A DNA stretch of 64,000 nucleotides from Opitutales bacterium (GCA_965226885.1 CBDDEL010000012.1:288001-352000), one strand, 5' to 3'. Positions 10,281 to 21,191 are shown, counted from the first letter of the stretch. Notes: a model not told the origin generated them from the sequence alone. A program made the numbers and translations.

Positions 10281-10420
10281 GCCAGCAGTATTTTACGCCT
10301 CGATTATAGGGCAAACCCTAAAAAGACCGGAAAGTTGTCAGAAAACTGCCGGATGCAATTCCCTTTGACTTGGCTGGCGGGGTAGGCATATGTACCACTG
10401 ATTATTAATATTGATTGGTT

Positions 10421-10969
10421 ATGAGCACGGATGCGCCAGGAAATTTGCCGGGAGAGGCCGCGGGGTTGAAATACGCGGTTGTGGCCGCGCGCTTCAATGG
10501 TGAGTTTGCCGATGCTCTGCTCAAAAACGTGGTCGAAAACCTGGAGACGGCGGGCGTTTCCCCGGATGACATCGAATGCATTCGGGTTCCCGGTTCGCAC
10601 GAGATTCCTTTTGCCATTTCCCTGCTGGCGGAAATCGATGAGCACGATTGCCTGATCGCTCTGGGCGTCCTCATCGGTGGAGACACCCAGCACCATGTCA
10701 TAGTGGGGAGCAATTCCGGATTGGAGTTGCAGCGCATCTCCACCGATTGCCAGATGCCGGTCATCAATGGCATCATTGTGGCGGAAAACCGGAAACAGGC
10801 GGCGGCCCGCACCAGCGGCTCAATCAACCGGGGAAGGGAATTTGCCCTGGCTGCGGTTGAAATGGCCTCGTTGAGAAAAAAGTTGGTGGAGCGTTTGAAT
10901 AGTAATGATAGGATGGGAAACGAAATTCCGAAGGCATGGGAAGAGGGCTCCGATATCTGGAAATCCTGA
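10421..10969 (+). CDS. ribH: 6,7-dimethyl-8-ribityllumazine synthase
   Basis: VVAARFN, VPGSHEIP, LGVLIGGDTQH; upstream of nusB. Confidence 0.92.
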   Translation: MSTDAPGNLPGEAAGLKYAVVAARFNGEFADALLKNVVENLETAGVSPDDIECIRVPGSHEIPFAISLLAEIDEHDCLIALGVLIGGDTQHHVIVGSNSGLELQRISTDCQMPVINGIIVAENRKQAAARTSGSINRGREFALAAVEMASLRKKLVERLNSNDRMGNEIPKAWEEGSDIWKS

Positions 10970-10984
10970 CCAAGTAAATTTATC

Positions 10985-11422
10985 GTGAGTACCCGACGGG
11001 ACAACCGGATTGCCGCAATGCAATTCCTTTATATGTGGGATATCAACCCCTCAAGCAGCATTGAGTCGGTTATAGCGCAATTTTTTGGCGACCAGGAAAA
11101 GCCCAGGGATTATTATGTTTTTGCCGAAGAGCTGGTATTGGGAATCCATGAGCACATCGAAGAACTTGACGAGATTATCCGGGAATATGCACAAAACTGG
11201 GACTTTAAACGCATTGCCAAAATCGATCTGGCCATCCTCCGTCTGGCGATTTTCGAAATGCTCCACCGCCATGACGTACCGCCCATTGTATCCATAAACG
11301 AAGCCATCGATTTGAGCAAAATATTCTCCATTGAGGACGCCAAACGCTTCATCAATGGTATTCTCGACCAGTTTATACTGAAACTACATCGTCCTTTGCG
11401 AGAAGCCTCACCTGAGGAATAA
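10985..11422 (+). CDS. nusB: transcription antitermination factor NusB
   Basis: RIAAMQFLY, IDLAILRLAIFE, SINEAIDLSK, FINGILD; GTG start. Confidence 0.95.
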   Translation: MSTRRDNRIAAMQFLYMWDINPSSSIESVIAQFFGDQEKPRDYYVFAEELVLGIHEHIEELDEIIREYAQNWDFKRIAKIDLAILRLAIFEMLHRHDVPPIVSINEAIDLSKIFSIEDAKRFINGILDQFILKLHRPLREASPEE

Positions 11423-11470
11423 CCGCTATTGCTTAGGGTTAATTTTTATTTTTTTAAAAAGGTAGTATTG

Positions 11471-12403
11471 ATGCGCTCCCTATTTTCAAAATTCAAGGAG
11501 GGCCTCAAACGGACGACTCCTACTTTTTATCGGGTTTTCAGTGAAAGCGGAGGGATTTTTGGGAGCAAGACCCTGGACGCCGATTCCCTCAATGAATTGG
11601 AGGAGGCGCTCTACGGAGCGGACTTCGGCGTGGAAACCACGGCGGAAATTCTTGAAGAAATTGGGACTGCCCTGAAAAAAGAGAAGCAACTTCACGGCCT
11701 ACAGGCGGCCCGAATTGGGGCCACCGTTCTTAAACGAAGGATGGAGGGGGCCGAGGGGCGCCTGCCGTCGGCAGAGCATCATCCGGAGGTGATTTGCCTG
11801 GTGGGGGTCAATGGTTCAGGTAAAACCACCACGGCGGCAAAACTGGCCCATTATTTTGCCAAGGAGGGGCGCAGCGCGTTATTGGGGGCTTGCGATACTT
11901 TTCGGGCCGCCGCCAATGAACAGATAAAAATCTGGGCCCAGCGCCTGCATATCGACCTCGTGGCCAGCCATCACGGAGCCGATGCCGGGGCGGTGGCTTT
12001 CGACGCCTATCAGGCGGCGGCCAGCCGCGGGCGGCAAATTCTCATCCTCGACACTGCGGGCCGTCTGCACACCAAGGGCAACCTGATGGAGGAATTGAAA
12101 AAAATTCGCCGAGTCCTGCAAAAATTGAACGGAACCGCCCCGCACCACAGCTGGCTGGTGGTGGACGGCAGCCTGGGGACCAACTCGATCGAACAGGCGC
12201 GGGTCTTTCACCGGGATTTTGGCCTCAGCGGGCTGGTCATTACCAAGCTCGACGGCACCAGCCGCGGCGGCGCCTTGGCCGGAATTTATGGCGAACTCAA
12301 ATTGCCCATCTACTTTGTCGGCCTGGGCGAACAGATGGAGGATCTGGAACCCTTTTCGGTGGACACCTATGCCAAGGCCATTTTTGGTCTGGGGGAAGAA
12401 TGA
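11471..12403 (+). CDS. ftsY: signal recognition particle receptor FtsY (NG domain only)
   Basis: GVNGSGKTTT, DTFRAAA, DTAGR, TKLDG motifs. Confidence 0.95.
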   Translation: MRSLFSKFKEGLKRTTPTFYRVFSESGGIFGSKTLDADSLNELEEALYGADFGVETTAEILEEIGTALKKEKQLHGLQAARIGATVLKRRMEGAEGRLPSAEHHPEVICLVGVNGSGKTTTAAKLAHYFAKEGRSALLGACDTFRAAANEQIKIWAQRLHIDLVASHHGADAGAVAFDAYQAAASRGRQILILDTAGRLHTKGNLMEELKKIRRVLQKLNGTAPHHSWLVVDGSLGTNSIEQARVFHRDFGLSGLVITKLDGTSRGGALAGIYGELKLPIYFVGLGEQMEDLEPFSVDTYAKAIFGLGEE

Positions 12404-13494
12404 GCGCAATTCTGCAAGTTGAACTGGGCAAAAGAAGTTACCCCATCCATTTCGGCAGCCAAGTGGCCGCTACACTGCGCCGGGATATCGCTTCCCTAAA
12501 AGCGGAAGGCCGGCCGGTTGCCGCCGTCACGGATGAGAACATAAAAAGATGCCAAGGCGCTTATATTGCTGCGCTCGGGCCGGATTTGCCCACAATGGCG
12601 CTGCCGCCGGGTGAAAAGACCAAGTCGTTCGCCCATTTGGAGGAAATCTGCGAATTCCTGGCCCATAAAAAACTCGATCGCGACAGTTGCCTTTTGGCCA
12701 TCGGCGGAGGCGTGGTGGGAGACCTGACCGGTTTCGCGGCAGCCAGTTTTCTGCGCGGTATCGATTATTGCCAGGTACCCACCACTCTACTGGCCATGGT
12801 AGACAGTTCGGTGGGGGGAAAGACGGGAATCAACCTGGCGGCGGGAAAAAACCTGGCCGGGGCCTTTCATCAGCCAAGAGCGGTTTATATTGATACGTTC
12901 TTTCTGGAAACTCTACCCCCGAGGGAGTTTGCGGCCGGAATGGCCGAGATAATCAAAACTGCGCTGCTGGCGGACCATTCACTTTTTGACCAACTACAAT
13001 CAATGGGCAAACTGAATCCGACAAGCCCGCAACTGCCAGGGATCATTCGCCGCTGCTGCGAAATCAAGGCCGGTATCGTGGCGGAAGACGAAGAGGAAAG
13101 AGCCTCCCAAGGTGGTCGCGCCCTTCTCAATTTGGGGCACACCTTTGCCCACGCCATCGAGGCGGTGACCGGCTATGGCAGTTACCTCCACGGGGAAGCG
13201 GTTGGGCTGGGCCTGGTTCTGGCGGCGCGACTTTCGCAAAAACTGGGGCTCCTCAGTGAAAGTGATGTCGCCCATGTCAGGAAGGCGGTGGCTGTCTATG
13301 GTTTACCCATCCAATTGTCCGATCCTCTGCCAGCATCGGCGCTTTGCGAGGCCATGAAACGGGACAAAAAAGTCCGTGGGGGGGAGGTGCGCTTCGTCAT
13401 CCTGTCGAGCCTCGGAAACGCGAAGACCGAAAATGGCATTCCGGAAGAATTGTGGCGTAAATTGTGGATTGAAGCCGGGGCCGATAACCACTAA
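12400..13494 (+). CDS. aroB: 3-dehydroquinate synthase
   Basis: GGGVVGDLTGF, PTTLLAMVDSSVGGKTG, LNLGHTFAHAIE. Confidence 0.96.
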   Translation: MSAILQVELGKRSYPIHFGSQVAATLRRDIASLKAEGRPVAAVTDENIKRCQGAYIAALGPDLPTMALPPGEKTKSFAHLEEICEFLAHKKLDRDSCLLAIGGGVVGDLTGFAAASFLRGIDYCQVPTTLLAMVDSSVGGKTGINLAAGKNLAGAFHQPRAVYIDTFFLETLPPREFAAGMAEIIKTALLADHSLFDQLQSMGKLNPTSPQLPGIIRRCCEIKAGIVAEDEEERASQGGRALLNLGHTFAHAIEAVTGYGSYLHGEAVGLGLVLAARLSQKLGLLSESDVAHVRKAVAVYGLPIQLSDPLPASALCEAMKRDKKVRGGEVRFVILSSLGNAKTENGIPEELWRKLWIEAGADNH

Positions 13495-13576
13495 ATTAAG
13501 CGCAATTAAATAATTAAATAAACCCGGGGACCGGAAAAGGATTTATTTTTCCCGCTCCCCAGTAAATATCTATTCC

Positions 13577-14191
13577 ATGGCCGGATTTGACGAAAATATT
13601 GTGCGCGAATACTTCGAATTGCACGGATTCCTGGTGCGGCAGTTGCGCAAGTACCAAGTGCAGTCGCGCAAAAAACTGGCCGAGGAAGAGATCGACCTGC
13701 TGGTTTACAACCCGGCTTTTGTAAAAGGCGAGCGCTCCCCCGATTTTCTACTTTTTTCGAGCGAATTGCCATACATTCACCGGGCAGTGGTGGTTGTAAA
13801 GGGCTGGCACTCGACCCTGCGATTCAATCCTTCGACCCTCAAAAGCAGTTCCGAGATTTTCCGCTTCCTGGAGCGAACGGTGTTGAAGCAGGCCGAAAAA
13901 CTGTTTCAGGTGAATCCCGAGGAGTTGGAAAATGTGGCCGAAATGCTCAAGATCCTGGTTTTGCCGGGCTTGCCCACGGCGGAACCGCATCGCTCCGAAA
14001 GTATTCGACTGCTCAAGGAACACGGGGTGGACGGGATTATCTCATTTCGCTCCATGCTACAGGACATTCTAAAAAAAGTGGAGACCAATTTGAACTATTC
14101 AAAATCCGACACCCTGCAAATCCTCCGCATATTAAAAAACTACGATCTGGTAAAAGACCCTCAATTGGAGTTGTTCGACCGTAATCGTTAA
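13577..14191 (+). CDS. hypothetical protein, possible PD-(D/E)XK-like fold
   Basis: Clean 204-aa ORF filling the gap between aroB and pdxA; EYFELHGF...EIDLL...VVVKGW pattern. Confidence 0.7.
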   Translation: MAGFDENIVREYFELHGFLVRQLRKYQVQSRKKLAEEEIDLLVYNPAFVKGERSPDFLLFSSELPYIHRAVVVVKGWHSTLRFNPSTLKSSSEIFRFLERTVLKQAEKLFQVNPEELENVAEMLKILVLPGLPTAEPHRSESIRLLKEHGVDGIISFRSMLQDILKKVETNLNYSKSDTLQILRILKNYDLVKDPQLELFDRNR

Positions 14192-14224
14192 GCCTGGGAA
14201 GGGAAAAACCACTGGCCTGCGTTC

Positions 14225-15172
14225 ATGAAAAAAATTGCTATCACCTGCGGAGATCCCGCCGGCATCGGCCCGGAAGTGATCGCCTCGTGGCTGGATTTAA
14301 ACAAAGGCAGGGACGAGGACAAGACGCCGCAAATGGTCCTGCTGGGGCCCAGTATATGGTTGCAGAATTTGGGTCCTTCACCCACTTTGGAAAAAACGCC
14401 GGTGGGACCGCCCGATTACGAGGCCACTCCGGGCCAACCCGATGTGGATGGAGCGCGGGTTGCTATGGAGGCACTGGAGAAAGCGGCCCAAGGCTGCCGG
14501 GATGGGCGATTCGAGGCAGTGGTAACCGCCCCCACCAGCAAGGAATGGATGAAAAAAGCGGGATTCCAATTCTTAGGACATACTGAATTTTTTGCCGACC
14601 GCTGGGGCGGAGATGCGGTCATGGCATTTGCGGGGGGCAGAATGAAGGTGGTCCTGGCTACGAGGCATATTCCTCTAGGGAAAGTGGTCTCCCATTTAAC
14701 CGAAGACATCCTGAAAAAAACCATGGTGCAGGCGGAGCGGCTGGCCCGCTGCCTAGGTTCGAAATTGCCCAAAATCGGTGTTTGCGGGCTCAATCCCCAC
14801 GCTGGCGAAAACGGAATATTGGGAACCGAGGAACTGGAATTTATCGATCCGGTATTGGCCCGATTGCGCTCACATATTCCAGGACTTTCAGCCTGCCAGC
14901 CAGCCGACACCTTGTTCTGGAGACATCTTGAGGGCGATTTCGATGTCGTTGTCGCCCTTTATCACGACCAGGGATTGGGGCCGCTCAAAGCCGTTGATTT
15001 TCGCGCTGCAGTAAACATTACCCTGGGGCTTCCGTGGATTCGGACGAGCACCTCGCATGGAACCGCATTCCCTATCGCGGGTCGTGGAATAGCGGACCCT
15101 AAAAGTATAGGAAATGCCATCAAAATGGCGCTCAAACTTTCAGGGAGCGGGTATTGCGCCCCCACTACATGA
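14225..15172 (+). CDS. pdxA: 4-hydroxythreonine-4-phosphate dehydrogenase
   Basis: GDPAGIGPEV, GHTE, GLNPHAGE, YHDQG, HGTAFPIAG. Confidence 0.94.
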   Translation: MKKIAITCGDPAGIGPEVIASWLDLNKGRDEDKTPQMVLLGPSIWLQNLGPSPTLEKTPVGPPDYEATPGQPDVDGARVAMEALEKAAQGCRDGRFEAVVTAPTSKEWMKKAGFQFLGHTEFFADRWGGDAVMAFAGGRMKVVLATRHIPLGKVVSHLTEDILKKTMVQAERLARCLGSKLPKIGVCGLNPHAGENGILGTEELEFIDPVLARLRSHIPGLSACQPADTLFWRHLEGDFDVVVALYHDQGLGPLKAVDFRAAVNITLGLPWIRTSTSHGTAFPIAGRGIADPKSIGNAIKMALKLSGSGYCAPTT

Positions 15173-15233
15173 GTTGCAAAGTCATTGCCAAATGTTGAAG
15201 TAGTCGATATATATGCTGGTTTATTAAAAAATT

Positions 15234-15611
15234 ATGACTGAAACGATTTCCATCGACCTTCCCGAAGGCGTCCGCCTGGGCAATGAGAACCTGATCCTGG
15301 TCACGGATCTGGCGGGGAAAAAACTGCTCAACCTGGCCGAGCGGGAAAACCAGGGCAACCTCTTGCGGGTGGCCATTACGGGGGGCGGCTGCAATGGTTT
15401 GTCCTACCGTTTGAAGTTTGTCGAATCGCCCAGGCGGGGAGACATATTGGTGCATTCGAGCGGGGTGCGCATCCTGGTCGATAGCAAAAGCGCTCTCTAT
15501 CTAAAAGGCACGGAACTCGACTACTCCACGCGCCTCATCTCGGGCGGCTTTAAATTTTCAAATCCAAATGCCACAAGCAGCTGTTCCTGTGGAGAAAGCT
15601 TCAGTATTTAA
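15234..15611 (+). CDS. HesB/IscA-family Fe-S cluster assembly accessory protein
   Basis: GGGCNGLSY and NPNATSSCSCGESF. Confidence 0.94.
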   Translation: MTETISIDLPEGVRLGNENLILVTDLAGKKLLNLAERENQGNLLRVAITGGGCNGLSYRLKFVESPRRGDILVHSSGVRILVDSKSALYLKGTELDYSTRLISGGFKFSNPNATSSCSCGESFSI

Positions 15612-16079
15612 CGATTGCGCTCCCGCCCCTGTCAAAAATGGCATCCCTGTCGTCTGGCTCATAGCGGAAATATCCAATGCTCGGACGTAAAAAGAAATAT
15701 TTGGAAAACCTCAGCTTCGGCATCGATATTTTTGCCGGGACAGTCCTTTTAGGGGTAATATACCTGTTTCTACTTCATTTTGGAGCTGCCTGGGAAACAT
15801 TTCTGTTCACCGTAACCGGGTATCCTTTTTACATCCAGAGCGTTTCCCACCTGGCCGATGAAAAATGGATTTTTCTGGTCATTCTTTTCAATCTATTCGC
15901 CTCGCTTCGGCTCAACCGATATTATCAGGTCAACCTCTTTGCGGATTGGCTGGAAGTGCTCTTTCAGTCCTTTAAAAGCATCGCCATCGGGGTGGGCATG
16001 ATAACGATTTTCTTTTATTTTTTCTCCTACCAAAGTTTCAACCGTTCCCTCCTGTTCGGATTTGCCGGCATTTTTTTTG

Positions 16080-16111
16080 CCTACCATATACTCAACCTAC
16101 CATATACTCAA
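16080..16111. repeat. perfect 16-bp tandem duplication
   Basis: CCTACCATATACTCAA x2. Confidence 0.95.
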
Positions 16112-17041
16112 GGAACTGGGGTTGCGCCGTTACCTGATCGATTATTACGAGCGGAAACCATTGGAGGCTGTACTGGTCTGCTCCCGTGGGGAATTAAGCG
16201 ATAAATTGACGGAATTCGAGGAACGCCGGCAATCGAGTGTGCTCATAAAAGGAGCCATCCTGATCAGGGATAAAGAAGAGGAAAGCGTGGCCGGGGCCGA
16301 TGCTCCAGTGCCTATTCTGGGTGAGATAGCCGATATTAGCGCCATCCTCTCCCAAGGTCGTTTTGATTTGGTTTTTCTGGTCGCATCAGACCCGCAATGC
16401 GAAAGGAGCATTCTCAGAATGGCCGAAGAGCAAGGAATAGAGGTCTGGTTTTTTACAGATTTCATATCGCCACTACTGGCCCGGCCGGAAGTTGACGAAT
16501 TCGGGGGAAAACCAGTTATCGTTTACCGCACGACTTCCCATTACGAAGGAAAATTGTTGGCCAAAAGGGCTGTCGATATTTTTCTTTCTTGCTTTCTTCT
16601 GATCCTTACCAGTCCGATTTTTCTGATCGTTTCCCTGATCATAAAAATTAAAACGCATGGCCCGGTTTATTATGTGCAGGAACGAACGGGGCTGCGCGGC
16701 CAGGTTTTCAGGATGTTTAAATTCCGCACCATGCTGCCCGGAGCGGAAGAGCAGTTGGAACAGTTGAAAGGCCAAAACGAGATGAAAGGCCCGGTTTTCA
16801 AATCCGCTGAGGACCCACGGATCACTTCGGTCGGAAAATTTCTGCGGCGCTACAGTCTGGATGAGTTGCCGCAGCTCTGCAATGTGCTTAAAGGACAAAT
16901 GAGCCTAGTGGGGCCGCGCCCTCTGCCCGTTTACGAAACGAGGAATTTCGAGGCATTTAAAGACCACCGCCGTTACAGTGTCTTGCCCGGTCTGACTGGT
17001 CTGTGGCAGGTTTCCGGCCGCAGCCAAATAGAGGATTTTTC

Positions 17042-17079
17042 CGAATGGGTACAACTGGATCGAATGGGTACAACTGGAT
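17042..17079. repeat. perfect 19-bp tandem duplication
   Basis: CGAATGGGTACAACTGGAT x2. Confidence 0.95.
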
Positions 17080-17368
17080 CTGGAGTACATCGATTCGTGG
17101 AGCCTGTGGCTGGATTTTGTCATCCTGATGCGCACCATTCCGGTAGTATTGCGGGGAGAAGGGGCAACGTAAGATTAATCGGAGAAACCGGCGGGCATTT
17201 TCTTGAAAAAAAGGTTGTAATACAACGCGATTAAGGCATTACTGATTGGCTATACTGCATGGTAATGAATGGAAATTTTTGCACTTGGCTCACAATGTTA
17301 CTGAGGAAATTCAAGAGAATTCGCTCGTTCGGAGCGGTTATTTGAATTGAACCGTCGATAATTCCTGG

Positions 17369-17968
17369 ATGGCAAAATTTCCTAGATCGGGCGGCCGATA
17401 TAAGGGCAGACGCCCCTTCAAACAAAGGCTGCGCAAAAATGAGCGTATTCGCGTTCGGGAGGTCAGGCTGATCGGCCCTGATGCCAGGCAGATCGGTATC
17501 GTTCCCACGGTAGACGCCCTCAGGATGGCCAAGCAGTATGGCCTCGACTTGGTGGAAATTTCCCCCACCGCCCGGCCGCCGGTTTGCCGTATTCTCGATT
17601 TCGGGAAATACAAATACGAACAGTCCAAAAAAGGTAAAGACACTAAACCGACGGGCTCTAAAATCAAGGAGGTCAAGCTCAGGGTGCGCATTGAGCAGCA
17701 CGATTATATGGTCAAACTGCGCCGGGCAGAGCAATTTTTGGACAAGGGCTTTAAGGTCAAGCTCACCCTCTCTTTTCGGGGCCGGGAAAATGAGCATAAG
17801 GATCTTGGCTTCGTCGTTATCAACCGAGCGGTGGCCGACCTCAAGCACATAGGGACTCCCGACTCCGAACCCAGGTTGGCCGGGCGGAGCGTAATCCTTA
17901 TAGTAAGTCCTCTTCCTGAGAACAAACGCAAGTTAATATACAACGAACCGCACGAAGAGGTCGAGTAG
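17369..17968 (+). CDS. infC: translation initiation factor IF-3
   Basis: NERIRVREVRLIG, LDLVEISP...PPVCRILDFGKYKYE, KEVKLR, FRGRE. Confidence 0.95.
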   Translation: MAKFPRSGGRYKGRRPFKQRLRKNERIRVREVRLIGPDARQIGIVPTVDALRMAKQYGLDLVEISPTARPPVCRILDFGKYKYEQSKKGKDTKPTGSKIKEVKLRVRIEQHDYMVKLRRAEQFLDKGFKVKLTLSFRGRENEHKDLGFVVINRAVADLKHIGTPDSEPRLAGRSVILIVSPLPENKRKLIYNEPHEEVE

Positions 17969-17969
17969 G

Positions 17970-19025
17970 GTGTTCCAATTGTGCAGAATATTGGGCCGCA
18001 TCGGGCGGCCTGATTCGTTTGCCCGCCATCTGTCTTCCACTATTCCCACAGTATTCGTTTTAATTTTCCTGGCCGGGTTGGCCGCCCCGTTGGAACAAGT
18101 CCAGGCCAATCTGAAAATGGGCGGCGTGGACTACCTGAGCCTCAAGTCCACGGCAGAGTATTTCGGGATGAAACACACCTGGGCCGTCCGCGGTCAAAAA
18201 CTTGCCCTGAGCAGCGATTGGACGAGGTTGGAATTCGATTCCGACCGGCGCTATTTTCTGATGAACGGAAGAAAGGTTTATCTCGGTTTTGCCATAACCC
18301 GCCATCGCTCCGACCTTTACCTGAGCCGAACCGATTTCGAGAAAACGCTTAAACCCCTATTGACCCCCCAGGCTTTTACGCCTGTGCCCAAGCTGTTTCG
18401 AATCGTTATCGATCCGGGGCATGGCGGGAAAGACCCGGGAACCCAAAACAGCAAAAAGGGATTGAAAGAAAAAACGGTCGTGCTGGATATTTCCAAGAGG
18501 CTGCAAACGATTCTCAAGAAGCAGGGTTACGATGTTATTTTAACCCGCCAGTCCGACCAATTCATCGATTTGGCCCGACGGCCTGCCCTGGCCAATAGCA
18601 AAAAAGCCGACTTATTCATTAGCGTGCATGCCAACGCGGCCGGTTCGTCACAAGTAAAAGGTGTTGAGACTTTTATTTTCACCCTGCAAAATCAACCCTC
18701 AAGCCGCAACTCCGGTCTTCAGACGGCGGACCGCAGGGCTTATCCTGGCAATCGCTACGACCCATGGAACGCCCTCATCGGATTCTATGTCCAACGTCAG
18801 GCAGTGAAAGACCTGATGGCAACGGATCGCGGTTTAAAACGAGCCCGCATGGCGGTACTGAAAACCTTGAATTGCCCCGGCCTGTTGGTGGAAACCGGAT
18901 TTTTTACAAATTCAGCCGAAGCCGGCAAACTACAAACACCGGCCTACCGGCAAAAAATTGCCCAGTCCATTGCCAACGGCATTCTCCAATACCAAAAAAC
19001 CCTCAATCTTTTGCGGGGAAAATAA
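17970..19025 (+). CDS. N-acetylmuramoyl-L-alanine amidase (Amidase_3)
   Basis: IDPGHGGKDPG, EK, FISVHAN, LVETGF motifs; start uncertain. Confidence 0.92.
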   Translation: MFQLCRILGRIGRPDSFARHLSSTIPTVFVLIFLAGLAAPLEQVQANLKMGGVDYLSLKSTAEYFGMKHTWAVRGQKLALSSDWTRLEFDSDRRYFLMNGRKVYLGFAITRHRSDLYLSRTDFEKTLKPLLTPQAFTPVPKLFRIVIDPGHGGKDPGTQNSKKGLKEKTVVLDISKRLQTILKKQGYDVILTRQSDQFIDLARRPALANSKKADLFISVHANAAGSSQVKGVETFIFTLQNQPSSRNSGLQTADRRAYPGNRYDPWNALIGFYVQRQAVKDLMATDRGLKRARMAVLKTLNCPGLLVETGFFTNSAEAGKLQTPAYRQKIAQSIANGILQYQKTLNLLRGK

Positions 19026-19039
19026 CACATTTTGCCTCC

Positions 19040-20654
19040 ATGTGGCGATTTTTGGCCATCATTTGCATTTTAGGTCCAGGCCTTTCAACCGGACTCGCCC
19101 AGGCCCAATCCGCCGCCAGATCGGTTGTGGTGGTGGCCAACCAGACCGACCCGGATACGGTCTCTCTGGCGCGTTACTACATGGAAAAAAGAGGCATTCC
19201 GACGGTCAACCTGATCGAGGTGGAAGCGCCCGCCGAGGACGCCATTGACTGGAAAACTTATATTGACGCTATCCATAACCCGCTTCTGAGAGCTTTGGTC
19301 AAAAACGGCTGGATAGACGCGGTGGCGACAAAATTAAAGGATGACAATGGCCGCCTGCGCTATGGTATCCTTGGGCACTCGATCAGTTATCTGGTTGTTT
19401 GCCGGGGGCTTCCCCTGAAGATTCGAAATGAACCGGCCTGGGTTAATGATTCCATCGATCAAAACCAGGACAGCCGATTCCTGACCAATCGGGGCAGCGT
19501 CGATTCAGAACTGTCCCTGCTGCCGGTCTCCCCCTACCCGATTACCGGCTGGATGCCCAACCCGCTTTTTCTCAAGAAAAAATTTTCGTTTCCAGATGAT
19601 CAAAAGGTATTGAAAGTCTCGCGCCTGGACGGCCCCACTTTATCCAGCGCAAAAGCCTTGGTGGACAATGCCCTGCGAGCGGAAAAGGAAGGTTTGATGG
19701 GGCGCGCTTATATTGACAATGGGGGGTCTCACGAAATTGGCAATGAATGGCTGCGTGATTTGACCTCAGAGCTGGAAAAAACCGGCTTCGACTTGCAAAT
19801 TGAAAATACTCAGCAGGTTTTCGGACCCGAAGCCCGTTTTGATGCGCCAGCCCTTTATTTCGGATGGTACAGCAGAAACATCACCGGGCCCTTCTTAAAC
19901 CCCGGCTTTTACTTTCCGCCGGGGGCGATTGCCGCTCATATCCACAGTTTCTCCGCTTCAACCCTGTCCGATCCGTCGCGCTACTGGTGCGGGCCCCTGG
20001 TCATGCGGGGCGCCACGGCCACATTCGGCAATGTATGGGAACCCTATTTGAGGTTCACCCACCATCCCAACGAATTCTTCAAAGCCCTCCTCGAGGGCCG
20101 GAATCTAGGCGATGCCGCCTACTATGCCCTGCCAGCTCTCAGTTGGCAGGCGGTTCTGATTGGCGATCCCCTTTATCAGACCCTTCAAATTTTCACTCCA
20201 GCGGCAACTGGATAACCTTGATGCCGACAACCTGCCGCTCGGCCAATACGCGGTCATCCGCAAAATGCGGCTCTTGCGGGCGGAAGGCGACTTTGCGGAA
20301 GCTCTTAGCCAAGGGGCCAAAGGGTTTCGCAAAAGCCCCGGACTGGCCCTCGGCCTGGAATTGGGGAAAACCTACCTCGCATCCGGAAAAAAGGCGACGG
20401 CTCTGGATACACTACGCATCGGCGTTTACATCCATCATTTTTCCAACAACGACTGGCTGCCGGCCAAAGAAATTGCCGACCTTCTGGTGCAAAACGGTGA
20501 TGCGGTATCCGGCCTCCAGATTTATAAAAACCTCATTTTAAGCAAAGGATTGCCCAGCCCACTGTTTAAAAAATTCCTCTACGATGGCGCCCAGACGGCA
20601 AAATTAAATGGAGACCTCCTCCTGGCCGCCAAATGGAATGCCCTTCTTAAATGA
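19040..20654 (+). pseudogene. TIGR03790-family secreted protein with a 1-nt insertion frameshift near 20177
   Basis: Signal peptide MWRFLAIICIL; SVDSEL, RLDGP, YFGWY, PGAIAAHIHSFSA, GNVWEPYL, LSWQ...GDPLY; canonical GDPLYRPF continues in another frame (ORF 20160-20654); removing one nt gives 537 aa. Confidence 0.82.
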
Positions 20655-20726
20655 AAGCGTACCCAAACAGGTGGGCTAAATAGAATGGATGGGTGGCGCC
20701 GCTGCCGATCTTGATTGAATATACGC

Positions 20727-21191
20727 TCAGCGTTTGAATCTATTGCTCAAATCCTGTGACAATACAAAATCATTATTGGAGAGTAGGGCGGTTTCATTGA
20801 CGGCGGGGCCAAAAATGTCGAGATGACTGAATTCCCGGGAGGAAATCCGCCCAATAGTTACTGACCCGACATGCGCTTTGAGGTGTACGCGGACGCCAAC
20901 GCAACGCTTTTCGATCCACTCATTCAATGCCTCGCGCATACCGTCCAGAAACGCGACCGGGTTTTGCAATTCCTCCGGATCGAAGATAACGAGTATGGCA
21001 TCGCCCATAAATTTAATAATTTTGCCATTGCCATGAGAAATGATCGCTTCCGCGCAGTCATAAAATTCCTGCATGAACAGAAACAATTCCGATGATGTAA
21101 TTTTTAGCACGATATTTTTGTGAAAACCTGCAATATCAAGAAATACGATGATGTATTCCCCCTGCGCCGGAAGTTTGTCCGGGATTTTCAT
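20727..21191 (-). CDS. stand-alone class III adenylate/guanylate cyclase domain protein
   Basis: VFLDIAGF, IKFMGDAIL, HVGSV, DIFGPAVN motifs. Confidence 0.82.
   Translation of the reverse strand: MKIPDKLPAQGEYIIVFLDIAGFHKNIVLKITSSELFLFMQEFYDCAEAIISHGNGKIIKFMGDAILVIFDPEELQNPVAFLDGMREALNEWIEKRCVGVRVHLKAHVGSVTIGRISSREFSHLDIFGPAVNETALLSNNDFVLSQDLSNRFKR

Larger units (their letters stand above)
15677..17172 (+). pseudogene. WcaJ/CpsE-type priming sugar transferase, frameshifted twice by tandem duplications
   Basis: KRAVDI, FKFRTM, DPRIT, LDELPQL, MSLVGPRP, PGLTGLWQV; removing the 16-bp and 19-bp duplicate copies gives one 486-aa ORF ending ...QLDLEYIDSWSLWLDFVILMRTIPVVLRGEGAT*. Confidence 0.9.

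Noticed and set aside
10281..10420. FMN riboswitch upstream of ribH
   Set aside because: No FMN aptamer consensus visible; region is a short divergent promoter gap
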